The position numbers and the translations under genes are program-made. Below the pieces are notes generated by a model. It was given only the letters and a program-made list of their open reading frames with translations. It was not told the origin of the DNA and did not search any database. From positions 186,001 through 250,000 of the forward strand of contig JBBPEB010000026.1 of assembly GCA_039096225.1 (NCBI GenBank): a stretch of DNA of 64,000 bases, written 5' to 3'. Positions 56,370 through 64,000 of the stretch are shown here, piece after piece (position 1 is the first letter of the stretch; each line of letters starts with the position of its first letter). This DNA is from Blastocystis sp. Blastoise (Eukaryota > Protista > Bigyra: Opalinata).

Positions 56370-56405
56370 TGATTGGTCAGAATTATGTTTAATGATTATG
56401 ATTGG
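56370..56405 (-). promoter_or_regulatory. Pair of CCAATCA elements upstream of the CBL-like gene
   Basis: TGATTGG at 56370 and 56399, 100-135 bp upstream of ATG 56268. Confidence 0.4.
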
Positions 56406-57134
56406 ATGAACACCTTTATGTATTGTTTTATTGGGTTATTCAAAACGTTTGTAATAGAGATAAGCAAAGTCCAATGAATTTCATTTGAACCAAAATGCTA
56501 TTTTTTATCTCATGAAAACTAAAAAAAACAGAGGTACAAATTGGACCTCCATCATAAAAAAAGATGGACTTCCATGGACCTTTATACAAATGGACTTCCA
56601 TCTGCCTATCTCTACAAAAGAATAAACGATTTTTTAAAATTTTTATTGAGGATATTCTTTGATTTATAATTTTTTATTAGCATCATATCATTGTTTCAAT
56701 ATTTTTAAATGATATTCATTGTCAATGATAAAAAACAATAATAGTCAATCTGATTTATTTATTATGTCGCATTTATTTGAATTCTTCCTTGTCTATTCAT
56801 AAGCTGATGCATATTTTCTTTTGAATGAGATAAATAATTGGCTAATTATATATAGTTTTTGAATCCATTCTATAAATACCACTGATTATTTTGAATTGAA
56901 TATCTTTGACTAATTTAAAAAATGTTGGTTTATCATATTCATGATAATGATGGATTCTCAGATGAGCAATTATAATAATTTTCTAAAATTTCAATTAAAT
57001 AATATTAAACAATATGTTTTTCATATCAACAAGGTGTAAATTGCAAATATTATATAATAAATACACTAATGAAAATGGTAACTTATTTAATAAACGGGAA
57101 AAGAGAAAAAAGGAACTGTTTTTTAAATAAATAT

Positions 57135-57404
57135 TTAGACTTTTATATATGGCATCAAATCTTGTTTAATAATTAGAGATATAACCGTGTTGCTACTATT
57201 AATACTGTTAGGATTTTGTTGAAGTATAGAGGTTCTATAGCGAAGTATAAAATGTATAATTTTTAATGATCTTAATGAATTATAATCATTAACAACAGAA
57301 ACATTATCACATGAGATATTAAATGATATTAATTTTGGCATAACGTATGAAGTATTAAATATATTATTTATAGTCGTAATATCAATTTGAGTTAAATCAG
57401 GTGC

Positions 57405-57444
<40 letters not shown>

Positions 57445-59107
57445 ATTATTCATTTTTAATATATATATTATTCATTTTAAATATACATATTGTATTCATT
57501 ATATATATATACAATGATAAGAGAATTCCTCAAGAGACGAATAGCAGTTATTACTATTAATAAAAAATATACAATCATTAATATCTTTCATAAAAATATC
57601 TATAGATATTATAACAGTATAATTTTATATAATTTTATATATGATAATTTTATATATTATAATTTTATATATTATGATTTATATATATATATACTTGCTA
57701 GATGTAGTTTCTTTAGATTTGGGCATTTAGTAGCGATACACTTAAAGAAGGATGTTTCACATGCACATGTATTTGTACGAATATCTATATATATCATAAT
57801 AATAATAATTATTATTATAACAAAAAAAATAAAGGATTATCATTGTAATACTATTATCATATATATATACTAATTAATTCAATTATTTGAATAGAATATA
57901 AACATTGAGAAAAAGAATTTTCAAAAATTGAATAAAACGATACTCCAAAGCCACCTGTAAATCGATAATATAAAGGTCCAGTAGAAGAAGGAGTGACTTT
58001 TTGTTTTTGTTTATATATTTTCATCCACTGTTCATTGTTATCTATATATATATATATTAAATAATTAAATAACTATGTATATATTCGTCATAAATTGATT
58101 TCATAATAAACATATATATATATACATATATATACAATTAATAATTGTTTTAGGTGCATCAAATACGTCTTTATTATAACTAACCATTTCTTTTGTTATA
58201 TCTTTCGATATATATACATATAGAGCTTTTTGTATACATATTTCTTGTAAACTTATTGTATTATAGAATAGAAGAAACTTTATATATGGACTTTTACTTT
58301 CTAGAGAAAGAGAATGGATTTCATCTCTTAATATAATATTATGTATAGTATTTATCATATAATCATGATTACTATTGTTTGAATCAGTATGTTGATTTAA
58401 ACTCATATTATTATTATTATTATTATTATTAACATTATTAGTATTATTATTAATTAAACCATTAGATATAACAGGTTTTGTATTTATATTTGAAGAAATT
58501 ACATTACTATTTACATTTTGTGTATTTTTATTATTAGCAGCAGTAGTAGTGACACTGTTATTATAATTAACATTATTATTAATATTATTGAAAGGAGATA
58601 AATAAATAGAAGGTACCTTAAAATCAGAAGAAGATACTGTTTTGAATTTAGAATATTCTTTAATTAATCTTTGTACACAATCGTACTGTGTTTCCTTGCC
58701 AATAGGAATATGATTAATTTGCTTTAATGTATTATATAATGATAAAGACATAGAATGAAGAATAGATGACATTGACATAATTTCCGATATTTTTACAGAT
58801 TGAATATCTATAATAATAAATATAATGAGCATTAATAATATATATTTATATATATTAATAGAATTATATACAAAGAACAAAATATCTAAATTGTAATAAG
58901 AGTTGAATATCGTTTAAATATTCTTTCTGTTTAATCGAAATAGTATTATTTGTTACTATATATATAGTATATATATATATATAAACTTATAATACTATAT
59001 ATATATATTCATACATATAAAAGCTATATCAATTAACTGTGGATATAATGAAGTCGTATTTAAAAATGTACATAAACTCAATAATTCATTTTCAGTGGGA
59101 CATTCAC

Positions 59108-59165
<58 letters not shown>

Positions 59166-61733
59166 CCCTGATAAATAATTAAATTCAACTGATTTCCAAG
59201 TGACGCTATTTTATGATTCATTAAAATCGTGAATAATGGTGGAATAAAAACATCTATAGAAATCATTATATAGTATCCAATAAATATTTTTATATATGTA
59301 ATTCAGATATACTTTTAAAACTAAGTATCGATAATAAAGGACTAGATTCAAAAATAGAATATATAAACATAGCGTTCGATTGTATATCATTCTCAGATAA
59401 ATCTATATATATATATATATATATGAATTCTTATTTTATATATATATTATTATAATTATTTTCTTAAATAAATAATATATATATATATATATACCTGATA
59501 CATAAAGATATGTTAAATGAGATAAATATGTATTAAATATAAATTTATATGATTTTACCATACTAAAGGAATACGGTCCTATATATATAAATTCCATTAT
59601 TATTCTATTATGAAATTAAAAAAGAAATTTATAATATATAATAAAATAGTGATAATCATATATATATATATATATATACCTTTTATATGTAATCCTGATT
59701 CTTTTCCACTTGGAACAGAGAGAGATAAAACTTTAAATAGACGTAATTCATTCTTTTGTACTATATATATTTATAGATATTACGAAAAATACATATATAT
59801 ATATACAAAAAGAGACACGAACTTGTTTTGGATCAACAAAATAATTTGTTATATATAACATTCTATTATTAACTTCATTTTGAATAATTTGATTTTGTAT
59901 AGAATTAGCATTATTTGCTATATTTATATATAGATATATAATTCATTAGTTTATAATATTTATAATAATATATATATACTTGAAGATGATGAAAAAGATG
60001 TTGTAGTTACTTGAGAAGTAGAAACAGTAGCTATATTTGGTTTTATATTATTTGAAGATATTACTGTTTGTTTTTGTATATTTACATTAGGAAGACAAGG
60101 AGGAGGAAGAATAAGAGGAATTTTATTTGTAGCAGAAGGAGTATTCGTAGATTTATTAATAACAGGAGTATTAATAGATTTATTAATAGCAGGGGTATTA
60201 ACAACTTTAGGAATACAAGGAGCAACAGGAGTAACTTTGGTAATCTTAGGAACAGCAGGTGTATTAATAACTTTAACAACTTTAGAAATAACAGGAGTAT
60301 TAACAACTTTAGTAGTAGAATTATTAATAGTTTTATTAATAACAGGAGTAACATTAGTAGCTTTATTAATAGTAGGAGCAACATTAGTAGCTTTATTACT
60401 ACTAGTTTTACTAACAACAGGAGTATTAGCAGCAGTGCTAGAACTATGAGAAGTAGAAAGAGATAGTATGTTACTATTATTAGTAATAGTTGTCTTATTA
60501 TTACCATTATTATTCATATTATTAATAGAACTAGAATCAGGAACAGTTGTAAAGCTATTATTATTATTATTAGTTTTATTCGAATTATTATTAGAATTAG
60601 TAACAATTGCTGTTGTAGTCTTATTAATACTGTTTGTATCTGTAGAAGAATTATTATTACTATTCATAGTTACAGGAATAATACTAGTAGTATTATTAAT
60701 AGTAGGGGTAATAGTTGATGAAGTTTGAATAATACTATTACTACTAATATTCTTATTTATAGGAAAAGATGGAATGTGATTACATATAGAATAAGATTTA
60801 ATCACTAGATCATAATAATTATCGGGTAATTTCATAGTACTAAATGTAGTCTTCAATACCTTATTAAGTGAAGTAGTATAGTGTTCATAGCTAGATTGTA
60901 TATTTGGTAATACCTTAAATTTTGTATATAATTGATCACATTTATTTTTCTCGACATATGCCATATTATATATATAATATAAACATGTTTTATTCTCTGA
61001 AATAGCAATTTTTGATTTATTAAGTAGATAAAAACGATATAATAACATATATCTCATTCGCTTAATATATTCTATACTTATTAAAGCATCAGGAATATTC
61101 TCTTTTGTTTCAACTATATATATATAATTATAATATTATTGTATAACTAATTTTTATATAGTAGAAAAGAATATAAACTGATATAATATAAATAGATATA
61201 TATACATTTAAAATTAATACAAAAAAGATGAGATAATGAATCTGTAGTGTTTAAAAGCGTATATAATTGATACAAATGATCTTTTGTAATTGTACAATCT
61301 ATGTATAATGTTATATATGTGAAATATTATTATTATATACTTTTAAATAATATTTGAACAATAAATTTGGAACATTTATTAAAAAGTATTTTAAAATCAA
61401 TATTACTTGATATATCAACACCTATATAATCATATATAGTATTCAATTGTATTTTTATAATATATATATATACGATCAAATATAATCCAGGATAAGTTTG
61501 AAAATGGAATTAATTTTTCAAGTAACTGAATGAAGCCTAAATCCGTTGAAGTATGAATATCTAATGATAATATAGAATAAATAATAATAAATGTCTTATA
61601 TAAAATACATAAATATATAATAATAATTACACATAATATATAATGAATACCTTTAATAATCAATGAGCAAATACGAGTTACACTAAATGATGTAATAGAA
61701 GATAAAATAGTTATTAAAGAAACATCAAAAGGT

Positions 61734-61780
<47 letters not shown>

Positions 61781-64000
61781 CACAATAAGATAGAATTATA
61801 ATTATAAATATACAAAAAATATTATTTATAGTTCAAATAGAAACATACCTTGTAGAATTAATTCGATAGATCCACTAGCAGCAACTGAAATTGTCTTTTT
61901 ATCTTTTAAGTATTGTCTGTAAACATCTTGTGTCACTATTATAATATAAATTATGAGTTATACTTATATAGAATAATAGGAATAAATATATATATATACT
62001 TAATATAGTTGATTTATAGGATCCTTTCTCATTATTTCCAGGAATAAATTGATTTATTAAATTGAAATCATTATCAGATACGATATATTTTGTAGATTGA
62101 CTATTACTATTTATACTTGAAGAGACACTAGTTGTTGATAATACTGATTTATGAATAGAAGAATTAGATGTATTTTCAGATATAGGAATATTTGATATTA
62201 TTGAAGTATCTGATACAGAGGTTGAAGATATAGTTTCAATAGGTTTCAAAGGAGTAGATACAGTAGGTGTAGATACTTTAGGTGTAGATACTTTAGGTAT
62301 AGATACAATAGGAGTAGATACAATAGGATTAGATACTATAGGAGTAGATTTAGGAATACTAGATACTATAGGAGTAGATACTATTGAAGGATTATTAAGT
62401 GAAGAATTGATAGAAGAAGATGACGATATAGAAATAGAAGTATTAATAGGAGTAGTTTGTTTATTAGATATAATAGTTTGATTAGTAGAGGAAGAGGATG
62501 ATAAAGAAGAAGCATCTTTAGTACTAGTAACAATAGAAGTAGTAGTAGTAGAAGAACTAGAACTAGAACTAGAACTAGAAGTATCTTTAGTAGTCGTAAC
62601 AGTAGTAGGAGCATCGGAAGACACTGAATTTATAGTATTAACACGATTATTAACACCAGTAGTAATAGTAGCTTTAGAAGAAGAAGATGTTAAAGGTGGA
62701 TTACAAATAGGATAATATTGAATAATATTTATATAATCCTTAGGTACAGGATTTGATGTAAACACACACTTTGATTCATTTTTTATCTTTGAAGAGAAAA
62801 AAGGATATGTACATGAGTAATTTAACATATTCTTATAAGATGTATATAATTTATCACATCGATTCTTTTGTTGTTTTGGTATATTATAAATATAATATAT
62901 ACATGAATTTTGAATAGATGGTTTTATTTGGCATTTCTTTATAATATAATGTCTATATATTAACATATAACGAATTGATCTCAAATATTCAATGAATAAC
63001 GTATCTTTTGGCATATCTTCCTTTTTATTATCTATATATATATATGTATATATAACAATTACTTATTTGAAACAATAATAATTTGATAAAGATAGATATA
63101 TACATATAATATTGACTGAAAATAATCCAATAAGAGAATCAGTTGTATTAAGAAGAATATATAGCTGATGAAGATGCTCTGTTAAAAGTATACAATCTAT
63201 ATACATTGTATATAATAAAAATAAATAGTATATATACTTTTAAATAATATTTGACCAATTCTCTTTGGAGATACTTTTAAAAATGAGTTCATATCCAAAG
63301 AAAAATCAAAACTTAAATCTATATATATGTTATAATATATTGACATTACCAAGAATAATATATTTACTTTGAAATGTAACACATTGAATGCACTCAAATT
63401 TTTTAATACTATCAAAAAGCATATTAAATTCTACGTCTATAGTAATATTTACATCTATATATATATATAAAAAAATAAATATATATCATGAAAACAATTA
63501 ATTAATAATTATAATAAATATATAAGTTCACATAAATATATACCTTTAATAATTAATGAATAAACTCTTGATTTAATTAATGATTCAAATGATTTTATTA
63601 TATTAATAATGGAACACTTAAATGGACCTATATAATTAATAATCAATATAGCATATATATATACCTTGAAGAGTAAAGTCTACAGATCCATTATTCTGTA
63701 AAGATATATTATTATGATTAATAACATATTTTTCATAGACTTCTTGTGTAACTATATAAAGTTATTGAATAATAATAATAATAACAAATAACAATAATAA
63801 AATTATATACCTAATATATGACGTTTACAAGATGATAGTTCATTTTTGCCAGGAATAAATGTATTAAAATAATTAAAATCGGAATCTGATATAGTACTAT
63901 CATCTTTAATAATAGGATTAGTCTTAGTAATATTAGAATTATCATTATTATTAGAAGAAGCAACAGAAGATAAATTAGCAGTATTAGAAGGAATAGAAGG
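57135..64000 (-). CDS. 3' part of a large protein built from at least 4 repeated modules (LRR-like) separated by S/T/N/P-rich linkers
   Basis: One spliced frame is traceable from about 63750 to the stop at 57135. Repeated blocks LLNTTDSL/LLNTTDSL/FLNTTSLY/IFNTSYVM and IEYLRSIRYML/IEYIKRMRYML; LRR-like CPNLKKLHL. Confidence 0.65.

Overview
AT-rich (about 20% GC by eye), gene-dense eukaryotic nuclear DNA. Its many GT-AG introns are inflated by (TA)n and (TAT)n microsatellites. Gene content and intron style suggest a protist, plausibly a Blastocystis-like stramenopile, but this is inference only. I traced exon chains by hand for about 20 genes. Recognisable ones are an ABCB transporter, tRNA-Ser(AGA), TRAP-gamma, a dynactin p150-like protein, a metallophosphoesterase, an SLC35F6-like transporter, a cis-prenyltransferase, adenylosuccinate synthetase, ribosomal protein P2, an HROB-like OB-fold protein, cyclin B, PTEN, RCC1, a glycosyltransferase-like protein and a CBL-type EF-hand protein. 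There is also a 4x internally repeated protein, several unknowns, and an intact DD34E Tc1/IS630-type transposon with 502-bp structured TIRs. Four signals stand out. (1) A GC-rich palindrome, CCRYGG (often AACCGCGGTT or TCCCGCGGGA), occurs at least 27 times through exons, introns and promoters, like cyanobacterial HIP1. (2) Four GT introns appear to use AA or AC instead of AG as acceptor. (3) A U12-type AT-AC intron sits inside a bacterial-looking UppS gene. (4) A TA-flanked hairpin MITE is nested identically in both transposon TIRs.
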